A DNA stretch of 64,000 nt. It comes from Eledone cirrhosa. Lineage: Eukaryota. Below the pieces are notes generated by a model, which worked only from the letters and a program-made list of their open reading frames with translations, was not told where the DNA came from and made no database searches. The DNA is taken from the NCBI GenBank assembly GCA_964016885.1, contig OZ024749.1, positions 50,902,001-50,966,000 of the forward strand, written 5' to 3'. This document shows, one piece after another, positions 30,396 to 46,895 of the stretch. Position numbers and translations under genes: made by a program. Every line of letters begins with the position of its first letter. Position 1 is the first letter of the stretch.

Positions 30396-30576
30396 TTGGC
30401 AGTATCAGTAGAGGGAGGATACCATGCTTTCCAGCATAGAGTTACACCCCTTTATGGTGTGAGTTCAAATCCCGCCGAGGTTAACTTTGCCTTTCATGCT
30501 TACGGGGTCGATGAAATAAGTACCAGTAATGTACTGGGTAATTGCTTGCCTTGTGCCAAAAGTAGAAACAATTATT
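30396..30576 (+). mobile_element. SINE group 1 (tRNA-like head)
   Basis: tggcagtatcagtag A-box-like, gagttcaaatccc B box, conserved body gcctttcat..cggggtcgat.aaataagtaccag, and a short tta tail. Confidence 0.9.
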
Positions 30577-32089
30577 TATAAATATTTACCTAATGCAGCA
30601 TGGGTACGTCATCTTTAAATATGAACGTACGTTTCTAATTCAGAGGAAATTGTTTCGAATGCTTTGTTTCATGCAATAGTGTCTTATCATGTAATGAGGA
30701 CGACAATATCAATACCATCCCATATTCAAAATAAATAAATTTGACAATAGCAACGTGTTAGGAAAGGATTCAACGTCGTCATTACGGTTTAATAAATCAT
30801 GTAAGTTGCGAGTTATGTTGGAAATGATTCTTGACAAATATTGAAATTGAAAAAAAAATCTATTTGTGTGAATGCAAAAGTCATGATTAAAATCTGGCGA
30901 GATCACGAAACGTTATTTGAATATATTTATTTCATGTCACATACATTGTTCAATACCTGTATATTTAATATATTTCTTCTATGCCAATGTATACTTTACG
31001 TACAATAGACTATAAAAAAATCACCATCAAAATTACTATACATAATGATTACATTTTTTAATAGATTGTCTATTATTTTATTCCATTAAAAGAAATACAT
31101 CAGGTGGATAGATATTATAGTTGAATAATCTCGAAGCTGTTTCTATCTGGTATCTATAATATATAGATACGTTAACTAAAGCATTGTTGATATTATTAAA
31201 GATCTATTTTTTTTAAAGTTAATATATTTTTGTTCGGAACAATATAATAACACAACAATCATTTCTGTGGGTCTTTTATGCCTACACTTATGACTTTCGA
31301 TGTATAGGATGTCGAATACAAATATTCCGAAATAAACTGATGTACCTTATTGTTTCGAGAAGCCTTGTACACATGTTAGTGTATCTTTCTTATTCTTTCT
31401 CTCTCGGTTTCTCTTTTTCAGTCAGTGTCTTACTGAGTTACTGTCTTTCAGTCCATTTCTCTCAGGTTCTCTCTATCTCTCTCAAAAAGTTTCTGTCAAA
31501 AAAAAAAAAACACAAAATCTCTTAACTCAGAGAAGTAGCGAGAAATCCAAATTGAAAACCAATAGCATGAAAACCAAATTGAATTGACATTTACATCTAC
31601 TTCGTTTCTTTAGCTGACCGAATGTTTAAGCCAAAGCATTACTGCACGGGGCTCTACCAATTCATGCACTTAATATAGCTTCATCACTTTCACCACTCGT
31701 GAAAACGAGGTACCTGTAAATCTCCTTTTGGATCAGTCGATCTCTACTGATATATATTGGACCCCTCAGCTGGTCTTACATGGGGATCTAGATTGACACA
31801 TTGGAAGCAATAACATTTGATATACTCACTAAAAAGATTGCTTAAGTACATTTCCCGCACAACACCCATCGAAATAACTGGGCGAGAAAAAAAAACAAAG
31901 GCGATGCTTCTTATGGTCTGTAAACGAAGATGCAATTCACTAAATAAATATATGTATATTCATATTTTCGTAGAAGTAAGAGCTTTATAATAACACAGAT
32001 TATTATCTTGTATTTATGCAAGAAAACGTAGAATACTATGATGTCTGCGCTGAAGTAGAAGGTCTGAATTAAAAGTAAAAGCGCAAATG

Positions 32090-32130
<41 letters not shown>

Positions 32131-32889
32131 CTGTGTGAGAGTGATGAGGGCGTTGGAAGGGGTGAGAGTGTAATTAGACGGGGAAAGATAGATGGTGAGG
32201 GAGTCACAATTTTAATATCACAAGTTCTTTACAAATAATTTTGTCATGATAAGATAAAAATATATATATATATATGCACTTATGTAACGTACCAAATAGC
32301 ATTAGTATATAGCATTCTATTGTGCTTATTTCAACACGAACTGCGTTGATTTCCATTTATTTTCGTAATATCTTTCCTATTATCTGTAGAGATTTATTCA
32401 TTGGAAGTAGCAAATTATTTTACTTACAAATGTGTCATATATAGTCGAATACTTCGCCAAAAAAATTAAAGTGATTGTCTGTGAGAATAGTCCACTTTCA
32501 CTTTTGATGCACTGTCGATTATTTTAACAAGTGCAATTTTCACCAAGGCATCAAATTAAACTATCCATTTTAGCTGTCATGTCTCACACAATAGTTCTTT
32601 TAATCGTTTCTGTCTCGTTTAGTACATCACTACACAAAGAAAGAAAAAACCTTTGTATACTCTATTGTAATTATTATGTAAAATTTATTATTTTCAATAT
32701 TAGTTTTGTTGTTATTGTTTTTGTTTTTGTTTTTTTATAATCGTGATGGTAGTGATGTTGATGATGCTGGTGGTAAAGATCATGATAATAGTTATCACTA
32801 CCATCAACGCCAGAAACATCCTTATATTTTAACTGTTTTCTCTACATGTTTACGTTTTCTTTCGTATTTGCTAAATATCGATTATTTTT

Positions 32890-32922
32890 ATTAGTATTAT
32901 TATTATTTATTATTATTATTAA

Positions 32923-32963
<41 letters not shown>

Positions 32964-33240
32964 GTATTAGTAGTAGAAATAGTAGCAGTAGTAGTATTAG
33001 TAGTAGTTTAGTAGTAGTAGTTTAGTAGTCGTATCAGCATCATCATCATCATCATCATCATCAGTAGTAGTAGTAGTAGTAGTAGGTTTACGAGTGTTAC
33101 CAACTCTAGTATGCATAGTAGTGCTGATGGTAATTTTAGTAGTAACATATAGTAGTAGAAATATTGGTAATAGTGGTTGCTCTAGTAGTAATAGTACTAG
33201 TAGTACTGTTACTAGTGGTAGCAGTAGTAATTGCGTTGAT
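32890..33240. repeat. Compound (ATT)n/(AGT)n/(CAT)n low-complexity tract
   Basis: Seen directly. Confidence 0.9.
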
Positions 33241-34755
33241 TGTTTTGGTGTTGGTGGTAGTCGTCTTTCTAGGTTGCGGTATTTTTATTTTCATCTATTG
33301 GGTGTTTTTGGCAATATCTCAGAAAAGTAATGTCAATGTTATTTTCCTTATTGTTTAGTTTCTGTTTATTACACTTAAGAATCTTCATTGATTAAATAAC
33401 AGCCACATTTTCTCAAACAGCAGATGTTTTTGCGTAGAGTAAGTTGGTTAAAAGTTTCCAGTTTCGTAATATGTATTTGACTTGTATCGATTTGGGATTT
33501 AGATATGTTTCAGCGTTAAGTGATTCTAACTATTTCCTAAAGAGTGCACTTTATAGTATCGTATTAAAAATATAGTGTGTCCTTGTGTTGATTTCTAGAA
33601 AGAATTCCTAATTTCAGTGCATGAGAAAATGCATGTATCACAAACAAAGCTATACATATGCGTTTGATAAGACTGATATAAGAAAGAGACGACAAGGAGA
33701 TAATATATTTACACTTCCTTTACACGTTATACTGTAGAATATGCTTTGGTGGCTTCTGGAATATTTTATGACATATTTTAGTTGGGTATCACACTAATAT
33801 ATGGAATAATTCTGTTTGCTCGATATTAAACATTCCAGCATATATTATATACACTGTATTCTACAAATGACTAGATCACACACACATACATACACACACG
33901 TATACATATATATACACGAACATATAGAACACATACATGGAATATATACTATTTCAGGAAATCCTATTTATTAAAATGATACTTATAGATGTGAGTAATA
34001 ATTGTTTATACGTTTAGCACACGGCCAGCAATGTTAGTAATAATGTCTGTAATAATACATTCTGCTAGCACACTATATCATTCTGTGCATGTAATGTTTA
34101 TAAAATATTTAATTAAAATATGTAAATAGATAAGTTATTGCATTATTTCCAACTGATGTTTCCGCTAATAATTCGACATATTGTTCAAAGAAGTGCAGCT
34201 CTAATGAACCGTAACGATTACTAAATTATATTTGAAATTTATAATAAAATGTTTTACTTTCTTTACATATATGATTTATTATTTGACTTATAATTCTACA
34301 TGAAGTTATGCTTAATGAAATAAGTTTAGCAAAATACAACTTTAGTAATGTCACAAATTTGACAAATGCTATTCAAAGAGAAAACTGTAACTTTTTTATG
34401 GAATTGTTAAACTTGACATAAATGCGATTTACTGAATACGCTTCAAGTCAAGCGACTTCGACAGTTGTGTCTGTCTTCAAACATTATGAAGATTAATAAT
34501 TAAACCATTCTCTCTGATATGAAGATTTTATTACTTTCGAAAGCAAATATATGTTTGGCTTGTTATAAAAAAAAGTTGACAAATGACGTTCGGAAATGTT
34601 TAAATCATCTTCCATCAAACGCATAGAATAAACGCTGCGAAGATTAATAAAAGCTAACGAATACATTCACTTCCAGTGATGTAAAACTAAATTTTCGGTT
34701 ACATGAAATTTGGCAATAATGTTATTCATGTTTGAATGTACTCAGGTAATATTGG

Positions 34756-34985
<230 letters not shown>

Positions 34986-36915
34986 CTATTACTAAAACTA
35001 TTGTTGCTTACTCCATTTTCTATTCACATGACCCTGTTCCTTCATAGCCTTATGACTTACATATGAGTCGATGTATATATGTATTTATTCTTGCTGTATT
35101 TAGGAAGACTGTGAGTAGAGTAATTGCTGATGAAATGCTTTATGACAAACATGTATGCTGATAGTTGGGCATCGTGTGCATTGAATTTGGATTTGTTGTC
35201 ACTCGAGTCATATAAAATGGTATGTGCGATTGATTATATGTAACTTAGTTTTTAAAAAAAAATGTTGGTATTACCACCTTTATGAACTTATTAATTCGTT
35301 GTGCCTAAACAAACCATTATATCGTTGGAGTCTTTTATTTCGATCTATCATATTCTGCCTGTTGTAATTTTTGAGAATGTCCTTCTTTGGAAAATTGCAC
35401 CTATATTGTCTAACACGTTCGAAAATTATAAATAACTTGCTGTATCATATTAAACAATGTCTTGGAATTTAAAGAGACAAAATCAATGAAAAGAATATTT
35501 TTATGTTGTAGAAAAAAATCAAATATATTACATAAACTGCAGGAATTAATTCAATTCCATGTACGACAGAAGCTTCACTACGTCTGAATGGGAATTTAAT
35601 TTTATGTATAAGATTATATCCGATCAATACCTTTAGAACTGATCGATGGTTTTGTCGAAATGTATTACTCAATTAGTTAATTGTGTCAGTATGAGCCTTT
35701 AGATGTAATAAACGGTACAATTCAATAAATGATGCAGCCGTATATGTGCACTACTTTAACATATATTCAGTGACATTATCAATATAATCAATTAATAGAT
35801 ACATATATTATAGTTTAATAATAATACAATTCTATTCAATTTAATACATAGCGAGTTGAGAGAATTGATACAATTAGGTCATCGAAATAATGTCATTAAG
35901 TAATTTTACATCAAATGCAAAGAACATAATGAACTGTATCGTATTCGCATGCGCACAGTGAGTATGTGCAAACCTGGCAGACAGAGAGAGAGAGAGCACA
36001 TTCAAATTGGAGTGTTATGAATGAGTGATTAAATGAGTATTGGAATAGTTATTTAGAAGGGTAACCTCTATTTAACACTATGAACTAGATAAGAACAATA
36101 CATCGATCAATAAACATAGTTTAAATGTTCTCTCCACTGTATTAATATATTTCTTGTATATGTGGTGAGGTATCTGCAATAATATGAGAGCCGGTGTAAC
36201 CTAATCCCACTACAAGAGCAATTCTTAGAATAAACCAGGCGAACAAACAGAACAATATATACAAGAGATACCCTCGATCAAAGTAAAATCAGTATTATAC
36301 AGTATGAAATAAGAAAACTCATTTCAATTCTCCAGTAAGAATATATCTTGATATATTGAATACGTCAACAAATATGGGAAGGAAACGAAGACATCAAATC
36401 AAGCCAACAGAAAAAAAAATCCTTAAACACAATATGAAATAGAGGAAAGGTTTCGCAGCATAACATCATGCAAAAATCCGATTGAAAGAATAGAGAATGA
36501 AAGTAAATTGCCTGAGATCCAGACGCAATAACTGTTGAATACTTTCAGTAATATATCTTATTTGATATAGAAAATAAGTTTTAATAAGATGATACGAATA
36601 TTACAATATGTTTACATACAATCAGTATAAAAATATAGCCGTTCCTCGATTCTATGACATTTTGCATGAGACATTTTTGACATGAAATTAATTCTCCTAA
36701 TATATTTCTTTTCAACAACAGATTCTGCCTCTTTTTTGGGGCTGGAGCTAAATTGGAAAGTCACATAAGCTAAATACTCTCTTTACATCTTCAGAATCTG
36801 TTGGCGAAAAAAAATGAAGAAAAATAGCGAGTTTAGTACGATTCCGCCTCCTCTGCCCCCCACCCCCCATCCCCCTCCTCCTCCTCCTCATAATCATCAT
36901 CATCATCCTCGTTGT

Positions 36916-36993
36916 CTTCTTCTTCTTCTTCTTCTTCTTCTTCTTCTTCTTCTTCTTCTTCTTCTTCTTCTTCTTCTTCTTCTTCTTCTTCTT

Positions 36994-37024
<31 letters not shown>

Positions 37025-37048
37025 TTCTTCTTCTTCTTCTTCTTCTTT
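36916..37048. repeat. (CTT)n microsatellite
   Basis: Seen directly. Confidence 0.95.
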
Positions 37049-37214
37049 ATTTGCTTATGTGTCCTAAGACGGTCTTGGAGCCAAAGTCACAAGCCACTTC
37101 CTCTAGAGAGTTATATCAGAATCAAGAGGCCACAAAAGATCTGAGTGCAACACCATTGGAGCAGAAAATACTTCCTAGTGGTCTATCTCTAGCTTTCCTG
37201 CGATAATATCCGTA

Positions 37215-37506
37215 CGATTAAATCGAATTTCCCCACCCCTATAAATTACTCGCCTTGTGCCTAAATTAGAAACGATTATAATTATTATGGAGTCGGTCGG
37301 ATGTTATTATCGGTGGAATATCGGACCCCCTGCGGTGGGGCATAGAGTTGCGGCCATATAAGTTCTGAGTTCAAATCCCTTCAGTTTAGCTTGTTCTCTC
37401 ATCCTTAGAATAAAGAACCAGCAACGTACTGAGGTCAATTAATTCGAATTTCCCTTCCCGTAAATTTGCTGGCCTTGTGCCGAAATATGTAACCACTATT
37501 ATTATT
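37215..37506 (+). mobile_element. Two tandem SINE group 1 remnants (3' fragment 37215-37287; degenerate copy about 37300-37506)
   Basis: Two gccttgtgcc.aaat...att tails and ttctgagttcaaatccc. Confidence 0.75.
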
Positions 37507-38722
37507 AGTAATAGTAGCTGTTGTTGTATGACTATTATTATTAAGAAATGTATTTTGTTTATTTTGATATGTGTTTTGTTACACACGTGCGTTGTTTTAG
37601 CATTAAAGTTCTCTAACCATAATATTTTGTCTTAGCTGTCATTCTCAAGGGAACTAAGCCTTTCAAAGAATTTCCAATGAAATTTACGAAATTTTAAATA
37701 TCTTCATCGAAAAAGAAAATAATATTACCGCCAAATAACAATTTAAAGCAAAACAAAATAATTATAAACATAACTAAATTCTGCAGTTTTTTCAAAACTT
37801 CGTGTTTATATTTCTTCCACTTATTTTCTGAAATTATATATATATTTTTTAAGCCGTTACTCGGCAAACAAATGAAGCAATGCTATTCAGCTGAGCATTT
37901 TAGAGTGTTTTGTTTTATATTTTCCATTTTGCTCATCTTCAACATTATTTGCAAAATACGGTTGCATGATTCTATTTTAAAGTACCTTAATATTCCTTTA
38001 TGTATAAGTTGTTTTCTTTTCCTTATTACTCTTACGAAAAACCAAGAGAATGCATATACATATTTAGTTTTAAGCATTTGTACATGGCCTTTCTTTTTTT
38101 TTCTTTCATATTTAATATTCTGTTCAAGGGAGAAACGCATTAGTGTACAGTCTCTAGATGACTTGTTGGATTATAATTTTTAGTTAGACCATGTGGGCAT
38201 TTTACAGCTGGGATAAAGAATACATTTTAATAATTATATATTTATTTTTTGCATATTCATTCTTTATTCTTAGATATTTTATATTTTATATGTTTGTATG
38301 AATTGTTTACCTGCGCATTGTATTTTATCACCCGTATTCTAGATATACTGAAATATAAATCTCTTCTTATCGAATACGTCAGCCAAATTTATTAAATGTT
38401 AAAAGATAACTATATATTCTTACTGGTTAATTAATTCATACGAACATGGGTTTCAATAAATATTCCAACATCGGTTGTATAGGGTAAAATACTTGGCCTT
38501 TTTACACTAATTATATACATAATAATTTGTAATATTCTAGAGTAACTAATATATAACGAGTGTTAATAAAAGTAATTCTAATATTGATACCAGTGATGAT
38601 GATGATGATGACGTTGATGAAGCTAAAGATGACGATGGGGACACTGATGATTATGATAATGCTGTTACTGCTGCTGCTGACCATATTCTTAATATTTATA
38701 TCTATTTTTACTTTAACGATAG

Positions 38723-38790
38723 TATAGTTACGTTAAAGATATTATAGTTACGTTAAAGATATTATAGTTGCGTTAAAGATATTATAGTTA
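38723..38790. repeat. 20-bp tandem repeat, about 3.4 units (tatagttacgttaaagatat)
   Basis: Seen directly. Confidence 0.9.
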
Positions 38791-39089
38791 AGATGGAGGA
38801 CCACAGATGTTATAATTTATTGCAAATACTATATTACTGCTCTTCTTTTTCCCGTGACTACCGTTGCGCTGGTTCGTTTTGGAATTATAGATCATTCTTT
38901 CTGAGGGAGACGATTAGATGGATATCGAATATTGAGACTAGTAATATGTGTTGGCATAGGTATTTTCTATTTGTCAATATATATATTTATCATGATCAAT
39001 CAACCACTGAAACGATCGTAAAACAACGAACCAATTAAAATCACATCTTCACTTTATGTTATATAATGTTATTATTGACAACATATCTG

Positions 39090-39445
<356 letters not shown>

Positions 39446-39536
39446 TATGCATATATGTTGTCAACAATAACATATATATTTGTGTGTATGTGTGTGTATG
39501 TGCGCGTGCGTGTGTGTGTCTGTGCGTGTGCATGTG

Positions 39537-39578
<42 letters not shown>

Positions 39579-41196
39579 CACATATATATATATAGAACAT
39601 ATACTCTATACTATTTCCTGTCAGCATGGTTTGGCAAGATATTTATAACGCTGGTTTAAGACCTTTATTTCTCTCTGAAGAAGATATATTATCTCGAAAA
39701 TTAAGGACATTTAAATAAATCTAAGGTAAAAGACGAATCAACAATATCTTTTGAAATTGCATTCTTTTTTCTATGTCCATACCTGCATTGTTTTGGCTTG
39801 ATTATACATATTCAAATGTTTATACCTCATTACACAATGCTTCAAGTGAACTATAACCTCCCCATATATATATATACATACAATGAATTCAGCAATAGAA
39901 CAGGAAGGACAATGTAAGTTCGGCACGGGTGATATAATATTGGGAAGAAAACCTATTACTAGTCTCTATATTTAATATCTTTCAGAAACAATGAACTATA
40001 ATTTTTATTTGCAAAATATATGAGAAAGCTGAATCCCATCAACTGGATATATTGCCGGTGAGAAACAAATAAATGATGAACGGTGTCACATTCGAAGATA
40101 AATATATAAACCGAAAGATCGTCAGAATGACAATAATAAAATAGAAATGATTAAAGAAGACGAGTAGAAAAAGAGTAGGAGAATTGTAGTAGAATAGGAT
40201 AATACTATGTAGGAAGAAAGAACATATATAGATAACTTAAACACATATGCAATATGCATATTAACAAACAGAGATCTTTATAGAAAGATATAACAGTAAA
40301 TATGTAGCAAATTAAATAGGCATATGAAATATCAAGGACGTTGTGATTATATATACAATGCAGTTACACAATCACGTTATCAACGGAAAACAGGACTCTG
40401 CAATCATGCATTCCCTTTGTGTCGTGCGTTTGCCTATAGGAAGAGAAATTTATCAGGTCGAATGAAACAACGAAAAGCAGGCTCAAAATATGCTTACACA
40501 CATCGTCTATTTCTGTTATATCTTATTAGACGACAAAATCATACTACCGGAAAATAGGTAGTAAATTATATGCGAGAAAAGAGATTCATATACACGTAAA
40601 TATCATCGATTCCCTCAAATTAACTTTATACGATAAATTGTGGGGTATTGTGTATAGTAGCAAATATAGAAGTTGTTTACTAATCAACTGATGTTTGTCG
40701 ATTCCCGCCAGATTATATGTCAAATATCTACCTAAACAGCTTACTTATCATTATGTCCAGTAAACAGTGCAACTTATATTTATACCCAAATTACCAGGAG
40801 ATAACAAAAGCGTATGTAAATAGTCAAACATAAAGTGAGAGAAATAAGCCACACACATAAAAATTAGAGACCCAGATTTCATTTCATATATGCATATCTG
40901 CCTATGCAAGCAATTATATATACATACATGTCCATATATGTGTTGATAAATGTACATACACGAGTACATACACAAGCACACATACACACGTAGTTAAACA
41001 CACACAAACACGCCCCCATAAACACACATACATATACACACACATACATTTAGACACGCACACACACACACTGACTTCTGCATATATATATATTTTGATC
41101 CCGAGTTGTCTCGTTGGTGACCAGTGTAAATAAGTTATCCAATACCTGTGTAGAATGTCGACATAACTTTATATAGAAAGGGCGCTCTCTCTCTCT

Positions 41197-41254
<58 letters not shown>

Positions 41255-41279
41255 ATATATATATATATAAATACACACA

Positions 41280-41350
<71 letters not shown>

Positions 41351-41394
41351 ATGTATGTATATATATGTATATATATATACATACATATATATAT

Positions 41395-41449
<55 letters not shown>

Positions 41450-42858
41450 CATACACAGATATATATATATATATATATATATATAAGGAGACATTTAATA
41501 TCATATCACATCTTACGTGTTGGAATCAAGTTTAAAATGATGTATCCTCTATGAGTGTCATGTTGTCCGGTACAGCAACGAATATTCCCTATCGTTCAAC
41601 AGAAATTCTAGACGAAAAGAATTAAGAGATTGAAAATTTGATATCGATCCGGAAGAGGTTGAATTTTTTATTTGCTTTTACTTTTTGCTTCAGTCATTAG
41701 CAAACCTTTTGAGTGGCTTCATATTAAGAAAATGAGATATCCGTGAAAGACTAAACTGTTTACAAACTTAGACAAATAGCAAATAAAACACAGTACTGTA
41801 ACAACTTATATATTCAGACAACGTCATATGTTTGTAATTATTGAGTGTTTGTTTATAATCGATTTCAGCATTATATCCTGTGTATCTTGATAATAATAAT
41901 AATGCTAATAATAATAATAATAATCATAATAAATTGAATGAAAGAAAACACCATTATCAAGTTAGATAAAATACATACAGATAAGTGAATTAGAAATAAT
42001 GATGGATTACAACATCGTATAAAAAACCGCACAGTTGTAGAGAACAACACACATGAATGTGAACATATTTAAGAGAGTAATACTCAGGGACAGCCACATT
42101 CTTGAGATTTGTTCTATATTTCAAATGATTTATTATATGCTGAATGAAAATAGATGAAAAAAATGTCGCAGTAAATCTGCCTTCTCCTTGTTCTAACACA
42201 CACACCCCAAATATTACGGCCCCAACAATTAAGGACAATAACATCGAGAAAATTGTGGTGGGTGTGATAGTGATGAGGGTCCAACACACTTATCCCTTGG
42301 CTACACACCTCCATGTTCACATATGTAATTGATCCCTTATAATTTGGTGTAAAAACTTAACTACAATTCACATATAAATATAAACATCTCCTAAATATAA
42401 ATACCAATAAAATATATATCATGTTAAATTATGTACAAGAATCGATACTATAAAGTACAATATTTCACACCGTCACGGAATTATGGGCGTAGAGGACTGG
42501 AAGAAGAAACAGTGCCATACAAATTATCGACTAGTTTTACTTTCTAGATATACGTGAGAAAACCTGGATTGAAACATGTGACAAATATTTGTTCAAATCA
42601 TTGCTGCAAAAATCGATTTCAAGAAATTCCTTTGCATATTTAGCTCCATTCTAATGGTCGGAGGCTTTTTAAAAAAATATGTTTTCATAATATCTGTCTG
42701 AAGCAGAATATTATTCTTTCATAGTCACATAAACATACCTCCAAGATGTTATGTTCTATTTTTCAATTACATTCTAATGTGCCTTGAAGCCGAGATTAAA
42801 TAAAACAAACTTATAGATAATTGTATACATGCACACATATGAATTCGCATACACACAT

Positions 42859-42941
<83 letters not shown>

Positions 42942-43255
42942 TATATAGAAAGTAAGAAGATTCATTGAAAATATTAATATAATAGAATATATAAACCTCC
43001 TCTAAGGAAACCCTGTATCGTAGCACCTGCAGGATTTGAAGACACATATTCCCGCACGCCGGGCAGGAATGCCACCAATACACCAAATCATTGATGTGTG
43101 GGTTCAGCGTTCAGCAGGATCTGTGGAGACTTTTCTTTATTCGGACATAGATTTTATGTAATTCGAAAAAAAAGTCTTTAGATAAAATAACAGCTCCATT
43201 TATGTTGACATCCTTCGGAAATATATATATATATATATATATACATACATACGTT

Positions 43256-43306
<51 letters not shown>

Positions 43307-43850
43307 GTATGTGTGCGTGTGTGCGTGTGTGCGTGTGTGTGTGTGTGAATGAAGTAATTCTGTCGGAAAGGTACAGGAAAACATGAATGAAAGCAGATAT
43401 ATCGGCTTTCAAGAAACCACTGGTAAATGAAAAATTATCTTATGTTGTTTATTACATAACTATATATATATATATACATACGTTTGTGTGTGAGTATATG
43501 TTTATATATATTTATATATAATTTTAGTAAACAGAATTACCTTGTAATACTGATGACTACATATACAATGCCCGCCTAATTATTTTCGCTTTTTCTGAAA
43601 TAACAAACAAAATAAAAAATAGAATGCATGCAAATGAGAATCAAGAAAAGAATATGAATCAGAAAATATATAAATAAAATAAAATAAAATAGGAAATTAA
43701 TTAAAGGTTACTGCTCTCGACGCAGAAAGGGTTAAATTGATTGTTTCACTGAGTTCATTAACAGTGAAATAATGCACAATTATTCATGCACATAACTGTT
43801 CATTTATTAAGTCGCATTTATTTAATAATTCTCTCTCCCTCTCCTCTCAC

Positions 43851-43951
<101 letters not shown>

Positions 43952-44051
43952 ATACATATACCTATATAATAAACTTGCTAAATGCCCATATATACAGAAA
44001 AACACGCACACAAGCACAGGTCAAATATATGTATATATATGTATATATATG

Positions 44052-44131
<80 letters not shown>

Positions 44132-44785
44132 TGTATATATATATACATGTGTATATATATACAAACATATATATATATGTATGTGTGTGTGTTTGTGTTT
44201 ACGTGTGTGTGGATGGAGGGGTTAGTATCTGTATTTGTTTATGTATGTGAGTGTTTGTATATAATACTTTACTTTTTTCACGTGAAGTATCTGAGTGCCA
44301 TTCTTAATTACTATTGATAGAAGGATAGAATTTGTCTAATACGTTTGACTAAAAGCAAATTAATTGAATTCTTAATGTAAATCAATAATGTAGTTGTTAT
44401 AAACTATATGCAAATTATGATCAAGGAATACTAATTAAAAGAACCTATAATGTACTTTGCTTTTAATATTAGGTTTTTAATTTTAGTTAATTTTTTTTTA
44501 TTGTGTTGCATTTAGTTGTATATGCTTTATATTCATGATGGCTAAATCAATATGCAACTAAAGATTACTAAGTACATTTCAATACGAACAGGAATGCCAT
44601 ATAACTTTAACTTAGAATCACCTTTCACTGACGTCTTATATAAATAACATTAAAAGTATTTCTTCTTTTGTAATGAAACATGTAATATGTTGAAGGCGTT
44701 TTCTAGTAAACTTCTATGGAAAAAGTGGGATTGGTGAACTGGAATATTTCTCTTATTCCATAGCGTGTATAATTACTAATACCAA

Positions 44786-44973
44786 GGTGTGGTGAATTGG
44801 CAGTATCAGTAGAGGGTCGGACATGCTTTCCAGCATAGTTACATCCCTTTACGATATGAGTTCAAATCCGGCCGAGGTTAACTTTGCCTTTCATCCTTAC
44901 GGGGTCGATAAAATAAAGTACCGGTAATGTACTGGTAATTGGTGGGCTTGTGCCTGAAATAGAAAATTATTAC
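44786..44973 (+). mobile_element. SINE group 1, near full length
   Basis: ggtgtggtgaattggcagtatcagtag...gagttcaaatcc...gcctttcatccttacggggtcgataaaataaagtacc. Confidence 0.9.
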
Positions 44974-46089
44974 TAATATCAATAATGATTTACAAATCCA
45001 CTTCGATTTCATTCTTGATATAAAAAAAAACATTCTTTATTTTACGATATGTATCGTTTCTTTGAATTTCGAATTTAGAAATATATCTTAATCAAATATT
45101 TTTGTTCATATACATTCTTGTGAAATTATATTTATGTTGTTAAGAATTTAAAACTAACTGCTTTCACTTTTAATCAAATGTTTTCCATGTTTAACAGGCG
45201 TCGTTTTCCATAATCAAATTAATATTCGATTGATTAAGTTCATATGACCATGTAGTAATGAATGCACACCTGTATAATTTATGCGAGTACTTGCTTAATT
45301 TGGTTTCATTTACACCGAAGATAAACCTGATACACTTCAAACACTTAACCATGACAGATTTCCCTTTGGTTACCGCATGCAAAATAAAAATGTTAAAGGT
45401 TTCACCGACATTCGCTGTTTGGAAGCTTCAATTTTAACGGGGGATTTAAAAAGGATCCGTAATTGTGATATTATTTTTATTTTTCGTTGTGTTCATCTGT
45501 TATAGGTATAAACATGTTTTCTTCAAAATCTGTTGTCATTTGAACAGCTGCAATACGGATATTTTAAAAGGGGAAACAAGTTTAGGGGAAAATCTTCGAT
45601 GTTGAATGAAAAAACAAAAAAAAAAAACAATTAATATTCATTATATGAACTTTTAAAACCGAGAACAAGTTCAGCAAGACAGGTTTCCTTTATGGATTAC
45701 CCAGTGGAGAAAACGTTTTGTTATCCTTCAAAGCTTGTAAGAACTATGCTACAAGTGACGGTTGAGATTTTGCGCTATCTGCAGAGTGTGTGTAAATTTG
45801 TCGCCAACATTTACTCTCTCGCGTTTCAGATGAAATCATTTTCAAAATATTAAAACATATTCAGGCAAAACCTCCAAGTGTGAAAGTATCATTAAGTCTC
45901 ACTGTATTTCACAACCTTTTGAATGGTGTAAAAGCAGCCTTGTCACAAACACCATCACGCTCATTCTTTCAACGAATTCTGTTAAGATTACATGTGTTGG
46001 TGGAATACTCATTCACCACTCCATTCATATATCAAACAGCTACATCAATCACCGCCGAAGCAACCCCTCCCATATATATATATATGGAG

Positions 46090-46120
<31 letters not shown>

Positions 46121-46656
46121 CATATAGGTAACAGAGAGAGAAATGGAATGATAATAGCGAGACTGTGTTCATTTTTGAAACACCCAGACAAAACACAAGA
46201 TAAACATTAATGATTGAAATAAAAGCCGAGCAATCTGCTGGCCAACAAGGCGTATGGCAAGGGTTATACATGAGTAAGTGAAATACTACAATCATTATTT
46301 CCATGAATAGATTCCATTCTATGCATGCTAAACCCCGAGCAGTTACTGTTAATTGCATTTATCGTTGCAGAAATATTTGGTGTATTAATCAAAATGATTT
46401 GATTTATTTTCAAACGTAACTTACGTGAGTATAAATTATTATATACTTAAAATAGACAGGGGATAAACTGTGTGCATAAAGTAGAAACAGATTGTTCTTT
46501 ACGCACAATTAAATATTGCTCGTCAAGGATCCTAAGAACGAATATCATAAAGTGGAAAAGAGCAGAATCACAGGAAATTATGGTGCTTGAATAATTCCCG
46601 GCATACCTATATATATATATATATATATATATGTACATATATATATATATATCATT

Positions 46657-46747
<91 letters not shown>

Positions 46748-46764
46748 ATATGTATGTGTGTGTG

Positions 46765-46807
<43 letters not shown>

Positions 46808-46830
46808 ACACCCACATGCAAAATCAGACA

Positions 46831-46895
<65 letters not shown>

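Noticed and set aside
37050-37205. Possible minus-strand LINE 3' end with an (AAG)n tail
   Set aside because: Only a weak ARDR-like peptide and no second copy in the window.
42995-43220. TA-flanked segment with aaggaaaccctg...cacctgca resembling the RTE 5' motif
   Set aside because: The similarity is too short to assign; it is probably an unclassified repeat.
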